NCBI GenBank assembly: GCA_031385045.1
Contig: JANNBC010000011.1
Span: 8,210-72,209, forward strand
Reading direction: 5' to 3'
Length of the DNA: 64,000 nt
Source: a bacterium
GTDB taxonomy: Bacteria > Bdellovibrionota_C > UBA2361 > CALJRW01
Part shown: piece after piece, positions 10,006 to 19,625 of the stretch
Position numbering within the stretch: position 1 is the stretch's first letter
How the letters are laid out: each line of letters starts with the position of its first letter
Program-made: the position numbers and the translations under genes
Notes under the pieces: generated by a model
What the model was told of the DNA's origin: nothing
Seen by the model: only the letters and a program-made list of their open reading frames with translations
Database searches by the model: none

Positions 10006-10562
10006 AATTCTTGAAATAAATTATATTTGATTTGATCAAAGACTATTTCTTTTCCATTAGGCTTAGCTGCAATGATTATAGCAGAATTATTAGTATTATT
10101 AAATAACCACCAATTATCAACTAGCTTCTGGTAAATGGAACGGAAATTATTAAGAGATCTTGGAAAGCGACGCAGAATAGTATCACCTGGTATATTATGC
10201 CCTCCCTCTTTAACACGATTAGCTACTCTTTGAATTGCTAAATCAACTGATTCCACAAAAATAAAATAGATTTCTATATGATACCCCAATGTTCGTGCAT
10301 CTTTAATCAATTTAATCCAAATCTTCCCAGAAAGAGTGGTTTCAAAAGCAATATCTTGTTTTGCATCCAATAAATTACGAATAACTTTGATTAGAACACG
10401 CCCTGATTCTATTTCTGACTTAACTGAATTCCCTAAACCATTAGCAATTGTATCTGCATTTAAAAATGTTTTAATTTGACCATTTTTTTTCAAAACATCT
10501 GCCAAGGTAGATTTTCCACTACCATTTGGTCCTGCAAGAATAATTAATTTAGGAGGTGTCAT
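10002..10562 (-). CDS. P-loop kinase of the zeta-toxin / AAA_33 family
   Basis: 186 aa. Walker A LAGPNGSGKSTL at residues 9-20. Size and layout resemble zeta-toxin/UNAG-kinase-like proteins. Confidence 0.55.
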   Translation of the reverse strand: MTPPKLIILAGPNGSGKSTLADVLKKNGQIKTFLNADTIANGLGNSVKSEIESGRVLIKVIRNLLDAKQDIAFETTLSGKIWIKLIKDARTLGYHIEIYFIFVESVDLAIQRVANRVKEGGHNIPGDTILRRFPRSLNNFRSIYQKLVDNWWLFNNTNNSAIIIAAKPNGKEIVFDQIKYNLFQEL

Positions 10563-10750
10563 TATTTAATTAGAATATAACTTTGAGGGAAGTGGCTCAA
10601 GGGGGAAGTTTGTTAGGTGTAAAAAAGTTATGTTTGAAAACTAAGTCCGCAGTCGCCTGAGGTTATTGAGAAATTTTGGAGCTTTATCGGGACATTCCGT
10701 CTTCGCCAGAAGTTATCAGGAAGAAGGAAATAATTAGAGGGCTTCGACGT

Positions 10751-10797
10751 GACACTTATTTTTACTTATTAGCCTATGGCTAATAAGTAAAAATAAG
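10751..10797. other. 47-nt perfect inverted repeat (22-bp stem, 3-nt loop) abutting the tRNA 3-prime end
   Basis: CACTTATTTTTACTTATTAGCC-TAT-GGCTAATAAGTAAAAATAAGTG. It begins directly after the CCA of the tRNA. It is AT-rich and no U-tract follows on the tRNA strand, so it is not a canonical intrinsic terminator. Confidence 0.6.
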
Positions 10798-10874
<77 letters not shown>

Positions 10875-11064
10875 CAAATATTGTAGATCATTCAAGAGTT
10901 TATAGCAAGTTTCATCAAAAATAACCGTGATTTTCGAAACTTCTGGGCAATTTAAATCGTGGTATAGCTAAGCTTAAATACCAAAAATAACATTCATTAG
11001 GAACTCATTTAAAAGCATCAAGCCTATATTAGTGCCAGCAAAATGGGTAATTTATTAGCTATGA

Positions 11065-12177
11065 TTGAAGCTCAAACGTTTCACTGTTACAATGATCAGA
11101 CTTTATGAAGATAATTCCTTAGTGCCAGATTTAAATTTTGAACAAAAATGGACCAACACTCCAAGTAGACTAATTATCTTACGTTCTAACGACCGTGAAG
11201 TTCAAATACTAGCGATTGCCGTCTCCGCCCTCTTCCATATAGTTTTATTTTTTATAGTCTACCTTAACTTTACTGGTCTTTTTTCCAAAGAGACAGAAAG
11301 CCTAACCGAGAAAGTTTTAGAGGTAGAGCTTTTACCAGAGCTATTTAGTAAGAAAAAACAAATTGTCAGTGAATCCGAAAAAGTTAATCAGATTAAATCA
11401 GAACAAGCATTTAAAGAAGCAGAACAAAATAATTCTATTCTAGAAGAATCAGTTAAGCGTGGAGATGGCGGGAAACCAATTGCTAAAACAATCACAAAAC
11501 CAGTAACGATCCAAAAAGACCCTTCGCCAAAAACTACTCCAAAAGAAAAGCCTGCTAAACAAGTGGTAGAGAAAACTAAACCGAAAACAAATGAGCCAGG
11601 CAATAAAATAGTTCCAGAAATTAAATTAGAAAAAACTACATCTGCCTCTGATGCCTCTGAAGAAAAGATTGACCTACAAACTAAAACTCAGAATAATTTA
11701 AATTCCGCCCTAGCTGGGAATCTTTTTGCCGGACAAGGGGGGAGTCCTGATTTATTACCAAATGTTCGCGAAGGAGAAATCACTTTACTAAACACTAAAG
11801 CTTCTAAGTATGCTGTTTTTGTTAGGCGTGTTGCCCTACAAGTTTTTAACGAACTAAAAAATCGTGCTTGGAAACAATTAAATTTTGAAGAAATTCAAAG
11901 TATTATTGGGAATGCTACCGTCATTGCCAAGCTTGATCCAAAAGGTAATTTACTAAGCGCTCAACTAATATCTAATTCGGGATCAAAGATTTTTAATGAT
12001 CTAATCTATCTTGCGGTCAAAGATAAAGCCCGCGATCCACATCCACCAGAGTCGGCTTTAGTTGATGGTCAATTTCATTTTGTATTTCAAACCAAGATGA
12101 CATCAGCAATGTCACCTGGTCGAAATGGTGGATACTCTGAAAGACGCTGGTTGGTGCTTAGTGTTGGGTTGGAATAA
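11065..12177 (+). CDS. TonB-family energy transducer
   Basis: 370 aa. N-terminal transmembrane helix with the TonB SxxxH signature (AVSALFHIVLFF). Pro/Lys-rich spacer (KPVTIQKDPSPKTTPKEKPAKQVVEKTKPK). C-terminal block (ATVIAKLDPKGNLLSAQLISNSGSKIFNDLIYLAVKD) matches the TonB/TolA C-terminal pattern. Confidence 0.6.
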   Translation: MKLKRFTVTMIRLYEDNSLVPDLNFEQKWTNTPSRLIILRSNDREVQILAIAVSALFHIVLFFIVYLNFTGLFSKETESLTEKVLEVELLPELFSKKKQIVSESEKVNQIKSEQAFKEAEQNNSILEESVKRGDGGKPIAKTITKPVTIQKDPSPKTTPKEKPAKQVVEKTKPKTNEPGNKIVPEIKLEKTTSASDASEEKIDLQTKTQNNLNSALAGNLFAGQGGSPDLLPNVREGEITLLNTKASKYAVFVRRVALQVFNELKNRAWKQLNFEEIQSIIGNATVIAKLDPKGNLLSAQLISNSGSKIFNDLIYLAVKDKARDPHPPESALVDGQFHFVFQTKMTSAMSPGRNGGYSERRWLVLSVGLE

Positions 12178-12220
12178 TCAATAGATTAGCTATAATACTA
12201 AAAAATATTTAAAAATATAA

Positions 12221-15200
12221 TTAGAATTCAGGCTTTAATTTCTTCAACTCATTCATAGCATTTTCGGCGCCATCTTTAGCCATCTTTGTTGGGCTAAAAC
12301 TAATTGGCTGCGCAGTGATTTGTCCATTCACAGCTTTATCTAAATCTGCACCATTTGATGATTTTGATAAAGTCTGACCTGCACCTGCTAAAGCAACCAA
12401 CCCCTTCCCTGGATCTTTAGTAGCTATAGCTTCCCCTCCTAACAAGCCAGCAGTTTGAGTTACAGCACCTTGCAACCGCTGATGATTACCTTTTAGATCT
12501 AAGGTACTACCAGTATTGGCCTGATAATTAGTTGAAGCATAAGAAACTGCAGGTGATAATGCGCTAACTTGCCCACCCAATTCAGACATAAATCCATTAC
12601 TTGGATAGCTAAAGGCTTTATCATAACTAGAACCTAACATTCCTCCAGCACCAATTAACTCTAAGTCTTTTGGTTTATCTTTTGGATCAAATGCTCCAGC
12701 AACAACTCCACGAGCCGCCATCATGCCCGACATGTGATTACTAAACTTAGCTCCTTGACTATAACTCTGTTCCCGCATGCCAAAGTTAGCTTGTTGAGTA
12801 AGTCGTCCACCCATTTCATTGGAAGCACGAGCTTGTTGTCCCATGACAAGTTGTCCCATCGAAGATTGAATATTGGCATCCCTGGAAGCTTGCTTAGAAT
12901 CAAGAACTCCTGTCTGTCGATCTTTTTCCCAGTCTGCTCTTTGAGCTGCAACATCCGCTGACTCAATTCCAAGTTTTCCTTGTTGATTCTGAACGGCGGC
13001 ACGATAAAGTGCAGGAGCACCTTTTTTGGTCAAATCAGCTGCCTTACCACCAAGACCTTTCATGGTCTCTACCATAGAAGGATCTCCAGGTGCCCCCGCT
13101 CCGCTTGTTCCAGGGGCACTCTGTGATGAATTTGGCGAAGCTGAACCAGGAGCTGCTGGGGCTGTTTTTGCTAACTGTGTTACTTCATCAAAAGCCATAG
13201 CTGCTTTCATTGAACCCATTACAGATTCCGCTCCCGCTTTACTCTTATCAAACTGGGCAATCTTAGCCGCGTTTCCAATTTCTCCAAATTGTTTCCCATC
13301 AGGAATACTTTGACTACCTTGATCAAATAAACTGCTTCGTGTCCCCAGTGCAGAACTCCGCATTTCTAAGCCCATCGCACTATTCTTAGATTGTAAAGCT
13401 CTTAAAGCTAAGCCTTCCTGACGAGCACCTTTCGCATTAAATGTCTGCTCTGCAGCCATGTTGTTCATTGTACCATGACGAGTCTCTTCGGCAATGGCAC
13501 CTGACCTAGCAGCCGATCCACCCTCAGATGAAACCCCACCAATCCCTTCTTTAACCATGTTGGACATACCAGATTTAGCACCTAGTAATAATTGTCCAGT
13601 TACTGCCGGCACTGCGAAATAAAGAGCTGACATTAAGTAAATGTAATAGGCATTTACAAGATCATGGTTTAGAGAACGAGAAAGAATTAATCCGCGATCA
13701 AATAAATCTAAAGCAGTACCTTCTGTTAAACGTAGACCTTGAAGAATAGAAGTAGCCTTTCCATCAGGACCAAAAACAAAATCTACAGAGTTAGTAGTGT
13801 TTACATCATTTGGAAAATCTAACTTTAAAATACTATAGTTTAAAGAAGCTACGTTATTAGAGTTACCAAGATTTGCCCAAATAGATTTTTCAATATTTTG
13901 AATCACAGCAAAGCCTGCATCCCAACTCTTGGCCCAAACATAAAAACTAGACCAAGTAATCATCCACTTCCACCAACCAGGAACTAGTACCATGACACAG
14001 GCGAGTGGGTAACCAATCGAAAGAAGATAAAGAATCATCCCTTGAACGTGTGGTAACATTTTTGCCCAAGTATAAACCTCGGCAAACTTATTTTTAGAGT
14101 TAGTTGTTCTACTAAACTCTTCCGCGTAATTGGCACTTCGATCTGATGGTAATAAATTTTGATCAGCAAGTTGTGGTGCCAGTGCAAACTCATTGCGAAT
14201 CATATAAGCCATAATCATATGCAACATGAATTGCTGTCTTTGCGAAGCTGTGGCAATTGGCTCTTCAGTACCATCAGACTTTAAAAATTCCCAATCATAG
14301 GTAAATACAAAATCCATCACATCAGTTTTTATAACTTCATTCTTCACAGAATCAGCAGCCACAGGTAGGTCTAAAGAAGTTCGTAAATTAATGTAATGCA
14401 ATGCTGATTCCCATCGAATCCCAGTCATCAACATCCATAGCCAATCATCACAGGTAATAGTTGTCGCTTGAAATTGCACATCGGCAGAACTTGGCGCTGT
14501 GTTGTTATCGCTAAAAGCAAATTGTTGAAAACCTGGGTTGGCTAAATCATTAGTCTTCTTATTGAGTAATTGCTTATAGGCATAAGGAGTTGGAATTCTA
14601 ATCTTATTTAACTCGCACAGTAACTTATCTTTATCATTACCAGAACTACAATCAGTAGAAATGCTTGTACCAGAATTGGTAATTGTGTCAGGAGTTCCAG
14701 TAAATAAAGTTTTAGGTAAATTAAGTCCATTGGAACTTGAAGCTTTAATAAAAGCCCCCTTATTTAAGTATTCACTCATTTTATCACCGCACTCACTGGA
14801 CATATACTGAACCAGTAATTCTCGGAGCTCATTATTGGTAATCTTAGCACCAGTAATATTTTCCATTAACTCCCACTTCTCAGTGCTTAATAGTGGCCAG
14901 TTTGTGGTTTGTGTTGGTGCAGAGTTCTGGTGACGATCTTTAGGTAACTCCCCTCTAATCCCCATTAATCCCACAACGTTCTGTATTACCTCGCTAGAAA
15001 CTTCATCGATTTTGGTAAAAAACCAAGGAACATAAATAGCATAACTTGCTCCTGTTTTTTGATAGTCAGGAGTAATCGCTCCAGAAGCAGTACTACTAAT
15101 AATTGGGTTATTAAGTCCCGTGTAGGCAAGTTCCCAAACTACTCTTTGATCCTGCCTCTCTCCCCCAATCTCCCAAGCAACACCGTGACGCTCGACAATG

Positions 15201-15610
15201 TTAAAGAGCAAGAAATACATAATTCCTGGGCCGGCTGCAAACCAACCGTACATCTTAGGTGGCTGACCAAGAGCCATCATAATAACTGCTATGAAAAAAC
15301 TTAGCATGAAGATAAAAGCACCGATTGTTTTAAGGTAGGAAGCATCGCCACCCATTGGACTACTGTTTGCAGTTCCCAACTGATCTAATCCACCAAATTT
15401 TTGAAGCAATGCACCAAGAGTCCAATAACCCATCGTGGCATAAGAAGCAGTAATAGGATTTGTAGCAGAAGAACAATATTGTCCCCAGGCAAGGTGGCCG
15501 TCCGCATCTGGCGTACAGCGAGTTGTAATTACAGGTTGGGCATAGGCAGATCCAGCTACCCCAAAAACAATTACTAATAGAAAAAACCCTGTTAAAATCC
15601 TTTTAATCAT
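12221..15610 (-). CDS. large polytopic membrane protein, TraG-N-like (F-type T4SS mating-pair stabilisation)
   Basis: 1129 aa. Signal peptide, two clusters of transmembrane helices and a long Gly/Ser/Ala/Gln-rich C-terminal domain. This overall architecture matches F-type TraG. Assigned from architecture only. Confidence 0.45.
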   Translation of the reverse strand: MIKRILTGFFLLVIVFGVAGSAYAQPVITTRCTPDADGHLAWGQYCSSATNPITASYATMGYWTLGALLQKFGGLDQLGTANSSPMGGDASYLKTIGAFIFMLSFFIAVIMMALGQPPKMYGWFAAGPGIMYFLLFNIVERHGVAWEIGGERQDQRVVWELAYTGLNNPIISSTASGAITPDYQKTGASYAIYVPWFFTKIDEVSSEVIQNVVGLMGIRGELPKDRHQNSAPTQTTNWPLLSTEKWELMENITGAKITNNELRELLVQYMSSECGDKMSEYLNKGAFIKASSSNGLNLPKTLFTGTPDTITNSGTSISTDCSSGNDKDKLLCELNKIRIPTPYAYKQLLNKKTNDLANPGFQQFAFSDNNTAPSSADVQFQATTITCDDWLWMLMTGIRWESALHYINLRTSLDLPVAADSVKNEVIKTDVMDFVFTYDWEFLKSDGTEEPIATASQRQQFMLHMIMAYMIRNEFALAPQLADQNLLPSDRSANYAEEFSRTTNSKNKFAEVYTWAKMLPHVQGMILYLLSIGYPLACVMVLVPGWWKWMITWSSFYVWAKSWDAGFAVIQNIEKSIWANLGNSNNVASLNYSILKLDFPNDVNTTNSVDFVFGPDGKATSILQGLRLTEGTALDLFDRGLILSRSLNHDLVNAYYIYLMSALYFAVPAVTGQLLLGAKSGMSNMVKEGIGGVSSEGGSAARSGAIAEETRHGTMNNMAAEQTFNAKGARQEGLALRALQSKNSAMGLEMRSSALGTRSSLFDQGSQSIPDGKQFGEIGNAAKIAQFDKSKAGAESVMGSMKAAMAFDEVTQLAKTAPAAPGSASPNSSQSAPGTSGAGAPGDPSMVETMKGLGGKAADLTKKGAPALYRAAVQNQQGKLGIESADVAAQRADWEKDRQTGVLDSKQASRDANIQSSMGQLVMGQQARASNEMGGRLTQQANFGMREQSYSQGAKFSNHMSGMMAARGVVAGAFDPKDKPKDLELIGAGGMLGSSYDKAFSYPSNGFMSELGGQVSALSPAVSYASTNYQANTGSTLDLKGNHQRLQGAVTQTAGLLGGEAIATKDPGKGLVALAGAGQTLSKSSNGADLDKAVNGQITAQPISFSPTKMAKDGAENAMNELKKLKPEF

Positions 15611-15618
15611 TATTCCTG

Positions 15619-16569
15619 CTATCTTTTTACATACTCCGGTTCTTTATAATTCTTAACTCTTTCGTTCACTGCTTCATGCATTGCCAGAATACTTTTAGCA
15701 ATATTTAACTGCGTAGCTTGTAGATCTGATAATTTACCTTCAGTACTTTCATTTAATTGACTTAACAAGACTTGTAGTGCTTCGCGCTGATCTTCATTAA
15801 AGGTTCCAATTGCAGTATTCACCAGTCCCGCATAATTATAAATAATTCCTAGAGCATGATAATAGGCAATATTAGTTACAAAGATAAAGTAATAATTAGA
15901 ATAACTAAAAGCATCTCGTTGTGCGTCAGTTAACTCTCCTGTTGGGCTTCCATAAATCTTCCAAAATTCCGAATATGGCTTAGGACTTTTAAATGCCTCA
16001 CAGGATAACTCTTTAGTAAAAGTTCGATAAAGTTTTAAGAATGACTGGGCCGCAAACTCAGTAAATTTAACATCAGGGATTGAAAGTAGATTATATTTAG
16101 CAGCAAGTGCCTCTTGATTATTAAAATATGTATCACTTCCCTCTTTTAACTTATCGGGAGTAGAGTTAGCTTCCCCTGTGCAAATTTTTTCTAAAACCTC
16201 CGATAAGGCTTTCCACTTAGCAGTTGCTAACTCACAAGTTAAAGTAGTAACTGCTTTTTGGCCTTCAGCCTTACAGTCATCAACCGTAGATCCTGTAGGC
16301 TCCACTCGTTTCGTAGTCCACTCTACCTCAGTTTCAGCATTACCAGTCCGTTCAACTGTTACATCCCCAAAATACTTTTTATATTCCTCCTTAAAGTCAT
16401 TTAATTTATCCTGAGGAAAAGTAGTAATTAGAGAATTGGCACAAAAGGTCACATCAACAAGGGAAATCTTTTTCTTGCCTGTAAAATTACAATCTTGGGC
16501 ATACAAGATATTTGTAAAAAGTATTAATATTGCTAAGAAAAAGCTTTTTTCTAAAACCTTTAGATTCAT
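15619..16569 (-). CDS. secreted hypothetical protein, possibly TraH-like
   Basis: 316 aa with a signal peptide. The C-terminal patch AIGTFNEDQ is weakly reminiscent of TraH ATGNYDEAV. Assignment is weak. Confidence 0.4.
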   Translation of the reverse strand: MNLKVLEKSFFLAILILFTNILYAQDCNFTGKKKISLVDVTFCANSLITTFPQDKLNDFKEEYKKYFGDVTVERTGNAETEVEWTTKRVEPTGSTVDDCKAEGQKAVTTLTCELATAKWKALSEVLEKICTGEANSTPDKLKEGSDTYFNNQEALAAKYNLLSIPDVKFTEFAAQSFLKLYRTFTKELSCEAFKSPKPYSEFWKIYGSPTGELTDAQRDAFSYSNYYFIFVTNIAYYHALGIIYNYAGLVNTAIGTFNEDQREALQVLLSQLNESTEGKLSDLQATQLNIAKSILAMHEAVNERVKNYKEPEYVKR

Positions 16570-16571
16570 GA

Positions 16572-17231
16572 CTAATTGTTTACAAATAAATTGTTCATAC
16601 CAGCAGCATCTCCATCCGCACGTCGCTTAGGCGTCTCTTCTTGCTTGGAATCTTCTGCGTCTTTACTCGATAAACAAGAATCAACAATTAATCCAACATC
16701 ATGAGATTTATTAGCAGTAGCTTTATCAGTAATACACTTACTTAATTCAGCAAGTAATTGTTTTGCTGGTTGAGAACCAGAATTCTTAGCAACTTCGGCA
16801 ACAAGTTGATAAGTGCTCATGGATCGCTCCATTTGTTGATTACTAAATTCATTGGCCGCTTGTAGCCCTGCTAAAACTGCCGGCTCTGTCATGGCCACAC
16901 CAGTCATATAAAGTGTCACTTGTCCTTTAAGACCCAAGTTTAATAAATCAACACTTCCTTTATGACTCATAGAATCTACATAACCCTGATACGATCCAAC
17001 TCGTAAATTCTTATTTTTAATTGGGGCAGGTGCAGCGCCAGCTCCATCGCCACCATCGCTCGGAACTCGAGGCACAAGCACAGGGGGAAGAAAGTTATCT
17101 CCAATCGCAGTATTTGTCGGCCCCAATGATTCATTTGCTTTATACATTAATGGGGTACTATCCTCTGCTTGAACGATACCCTGACTGCAAATCATTAAGC
17201 CTGCAATTAAAACTAGCAATCCCTTTCTCAT
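16572..17231 (-). CDS. secreted hypothetical protein
   Basis: 219 aa with a signal peptide (MRKGLLVLIAGLMICSQGIVQA). Overlaps the upstream gene by 4 bp. No domain recognised. Confidence 0.45.
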   Translation of the reverse strand: MRKGLLVLIAGLMICSQGIVQAEDSTPLMYKANESLGPTNTAIGDNFLPPVLVPRVPSDGGDGAGAAPAPIKNKNLRVGSYQGYVDSMSHKGSVDLLNLGLKGQVTLYMTGVAMTEPAVLAGLQAANEFSNQQMERSMSTYQLVAEVAKNSGSQPAKQLLAELSKCITDKATANKSHDVGLIVDSCLSSKDAEDSKQEETPKRRADGDAAGMNNLFVNN

Positions 17232-18301
17232 TTGCCTCTCACAATTTTAAACATTTCATCCAAGTAATTAGCGCTAACAACATCATTTATTTGATAAAAC
17301 TTCCCAGAGCTAGAATCGACAACCATAATTGTTGGCGCACTAGTAATATTTAATTTCTGAGCTAACTCTTTAGATGCCAAAGTCGTGAACTTCGCTCCGG
17401 TTCTTTTCTGGAAATTAGCTAACGCCCCGTCCGATACGTCATCTAATGAGAATCCTAGGATATTTAACTCGTCACTATCATCTAACTTAGCAAACACTGT
17501 TTGTAATGCGGTAGCTAAGTCAATTGATTTTTGATCGGTTGTCTTAAAAAAGAAGTAAACATCTACCTGACCAGTTGGAAGATAAGGAACCTTACCAGTA
17601 AGTTCTGATCTAGCTTGAGCTCGCTCGGCTTGTGCAATATCTCTTTTCTCTTCCGGGGATCCAGAGAATAAATCATTATCTTTGCGCTTAGCTTTTTTTA
17701 GTAACTCTTGAGCATCAACTGCCAAGCGACCCACTTGGTTTTCAACTTTAGGCTGCTCGTCAATAAACTGCATTAAGTCAGGATTATTATTAATTTCTGA
17801 CTTAACCCAACCATCGGCTGGAATTGCTCCCGTTTTATACATGGCTAAACCATGAATGGAGGCAGCATCTTTGTTGATCTTCTCTAGTGCTTCAATATAG
17901 TTTTGGTACTGAACAGCATATTCAAAAGCTAATTTCTTATCCCCGACCTTCAAAGCTTCAATCATTGCTTGGAAAGGTTTTGGAGCATCTTTAATCGCCT
18001 TTACTTCGTGAGGTAGTTTTGGATCGCCATACTCGGCAATAATTTTTTCTTGAGGAGTTTCAGGTTGTTTAGGAGTAGAATCGGCTTTTTCAGCATTGGG
18101 AAGAAGATCACTTGGTTCTTCTTTATAATAGGCTTTCTCAATTTTTAGCTGTTTACCAAAAATATTTCGAACATCTCTTTCCTGCCCAGGGAAAAAAGAT
18201 TGTGAGTCAGCCTGGCAATTAAGACTTGCTATAGCTACTTGAGTAACTACTAAACAAAGTCCTAAATATTTAAATTTACTAAACATTTTTCTAATACCCA
18301 C
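17228..18301 (-). CDS. periplasmic thioredoxin-fold protein, TraF-like (no CxxC)
   Basis: 357 aa with a signal peptide. C-terminal blocks VDVYFFFKTTDQKSIDLATALQTV and LAQKLNITSAPTIMVVDSSSGKFYQINDVVSANYLDEMF align in pattern with F-plasmid TraF (MFFYRGQDPIDGQLAQVI and LGVKYFPAMMLVDPKQGSVRPLSYGFISQDDLAKQF). Confidence 0.5.
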   Translation of the reverse strand: MGIRKMFSKFKYLGLCLVVTQVAIASLNCQADSQSFFPGQERDVRNIFGKQLKIEKAYYKEEPSDLLPNAEKADSTPKQPETPQEKIIAEYGDPKLPHEVKAIKDAPKPFQAMIEALKVGDKKLAFEYAVQYQNYIEALEKINKDAASIHGLAMYKTGAIPADGWVKSEINNNPDLMQFIDEQPKVENQVGRLAVDAQELLKKAKRKDNDLFSGSPEEKRDIAQAERAQARSELTGKVPYLPTGQVDVYFFFKTTDQKSIDLATALQTVFAKLDDSDELNILGFSLDDVSDGALANFQKRTGAKFTTLASKELAQKLNITSAPTIMVVDSSSGKFYQINDVVSANYLDEMFKIVRGK

Positions 18302-18405
18302 TTCCCAAAAACTGCCTCTACATATTTCATATCGTACTAAAACATTGAAATGCTTCAGCTAAATCACGATATTTTCTTTAAAATCGATCAAATAGTTAAT
18401 GGCAA

Positions 18406-18828
18406 TTACGGCTCTAAAATTTTATTATAACTATCAAAAATAGCTTTATACTGATCCACAATGGCATTATCAGCTAATGGATTATCACTACTAGCACCCT
18501 TTTTCTTAGTGCTAAGCGAAGATTGTAACTTTTTCTCAGTTCTTTTTGGCATAGTTTTAGCCAATTCTAAGTCAACAATCGGACTCTTCCACTCATTAGT
18601 CTCTTCACAGGTCTCAACAACTAAGTCATCAACATTCTTTAAAGGCGAAATATACTTATTCCCCCCATTTCCACAGTAAACTGAAGATGCCACCAGCTCG
18701 CAGTCCTCCCCTTGCTTAGTGCTATAAACACCATTTTTACAGTTCCAAACCTCAGCATCAGCCAAAGATGTTATAATTAATAATAACAATAAGTTAACTC
18801 GCACCATAGAAAGACTATCGGCTAACAA
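18406..18828 (-). CDS. small secreted Cys-containing protein
   Basis: 140 aa. Signal peptide, six cysteines in the mature part and a Lys-rich tail. First gene of the minus-strand block that ends with the TraG-like gene. Confidence 0.45.
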   Translation of the reverse strand: MLADSLSMVRVNLLLLLIITSLADAEVWNCKNGVYSTKQGEDCELVASSVYCGNGGNKYISPLKNVDDLVVETCEETNEWKSPIVDLELAKTMPKRTEKKLQSSLSTKKKGASSDNPLADNAIVDQYKAIFDSYNKILEP

Positions 18829-18912
18829 AGCAAACTTAATTAGAAATTTTCGCAGCTTAAAACAATTAATTTATCAAGCTCACGATAAACTAGAATTAGT
18901 ATTCAAAAAATT

Positions 18913-18927
18913 TTGACATATATATGT
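18913..18927 (+). promoter_or_regulatory. TTGACA -35-like box overlapped by the perfect 12-bp palindrome ACATATATATGT (18916..18927); putative VapB autoregulatory operator
   Basis: Located 20-35 nt upstream of the vapB ATG. Ribbon-helix-helix antitoxins typically bind inverted repeats in their own promoter. A second related half-site ATATATATGC follows. Confidence 0.4.
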
Positions 18928-18948
18928 TTAATATATATGCTTAAACAT

Positions 18949-19197
18949 ATGAAAAGAACTTCCCTCATGTTAGATGATAATTTACTAGAAGAAATCCGAG
19001 CTCTGGCTCAACAAGAAGGGCGAACCTTAAAAGATCAAATTCAATTAATACTAAGAGAAGGAATTAGAAATATGCCTAGTGCCGAGAAAAAAAATTTTAA
19101 ACTTAAACTCCCAAGAACAATGGGAAAATTAATTTCAGAAGTTGATATAAGTAATCGAGATCAATTATTTAATATCTTTGATCAGAAATCTAAATGA
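18949..19197 (+). CDS. vapB: VapB-type ribbon-helix-helix antitoxin
   Basis: The N-terminus MKRTSLMLDDNLLEEIRALAQQEGRTLKDQIQLILREGI is a typical RHH/CopG motif. The ORF-track start at 18913 is a TTG inside the operator, so I prefer the ATG at 18949 (an alternative ATG lies at 18937). Overlaps vapC by 4 bp. Confidence 0.7.
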   Translation: MKRTSLMLDDNLLEEIRALAQQEGRTLKDQIQLILREGIRNMPSAEKKNFKLKLPRTMGKLISEVDISNRDQLFNIFDQKSK

Positions 19198-19625
19198 TTG
19201 CAGTTGATACAAATATTTTGGTATATGCGACTCGCCAGGAATTTCCTCAGCATCAGATTGCCTATGAACTTTTAGTGGACCTAGCTGAGGGCAACAGTCT
19301 TTGGGCAATCACCTGGCCTTCAATTTATGAATTCAGTCGAGTACTAACTCATCATAATTTGGTGAATCCTCCCGCCAGTACCAATGAAATATTTTTAATA
19401 ATTGAAAGCTTACTTAAATCCCCAAGCCTTAGAGTCTTATCACATGGCACTAATCATCAACAAACAATGCTAGCAGAAACTAAAAATACATTCGCTAAGG
19501 GAAATTTTTTCTTTGACTTACAAATCGCCTCGATTCTTAAGGAGCATGGAGTAAAAGAAATTATTACAGCTGACAGTGATTTTTTAAAATTCTCTTGGTT
19601 AAAAGTCACGAATCCGTTTCTCTAG
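19194..19625 (+). CDS. vapC: VapC PIN-domain ribonuclease toxin
   Basis: 143 aa. N-terminus MIAVDTNILVY carries the first PIN acidic residue. A C-terminal ITADSDF acidic motif is present. Classic 4-bp ATGA overlap with vapB. Confidence 0.8.
   Translation: MIAVDTNILVYATRQEFPQHQIAYELLVDLAEGNSLWAITWPSIYEFSRVLTHHNLVNPPASTNEIFLIIESLLKSPSLRVLSHGTNHQQTMLAETKNTFAKGNFFFDLQIASILKEHGVKEIITADSDFLKFSWLKVTNPFL

Noticed and set aside
10002-10562. Calling the 186-aa P-loop protein a confirmed zeta toxin with the 61-aa ORF as epsilon antitoxin
   Set aside because: The gene order (kinase first, small ORF second) is opposite to canonical epsilon/zeta. The protein is shorter than typical zeta toxins. Kept as zeta-like or AAA_33 kinase of uncertain role.
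11065-12177. TolA instead of TonB
   Set aside because: The gene is stand-alone with no tolQRB/pal neighbours, and the transmembrane helix has the TonB SxxxH spacing. TolA cannot be fully excluded without the ExbBD/TolQR context.
18913-18948. TTG-initiated 94-aa version of vapB
   Set aside because: The TTG lies within the -35/operator palindrome. An ATG 36 nt downstream gives a normal about 82-aa RHH antitoxin.
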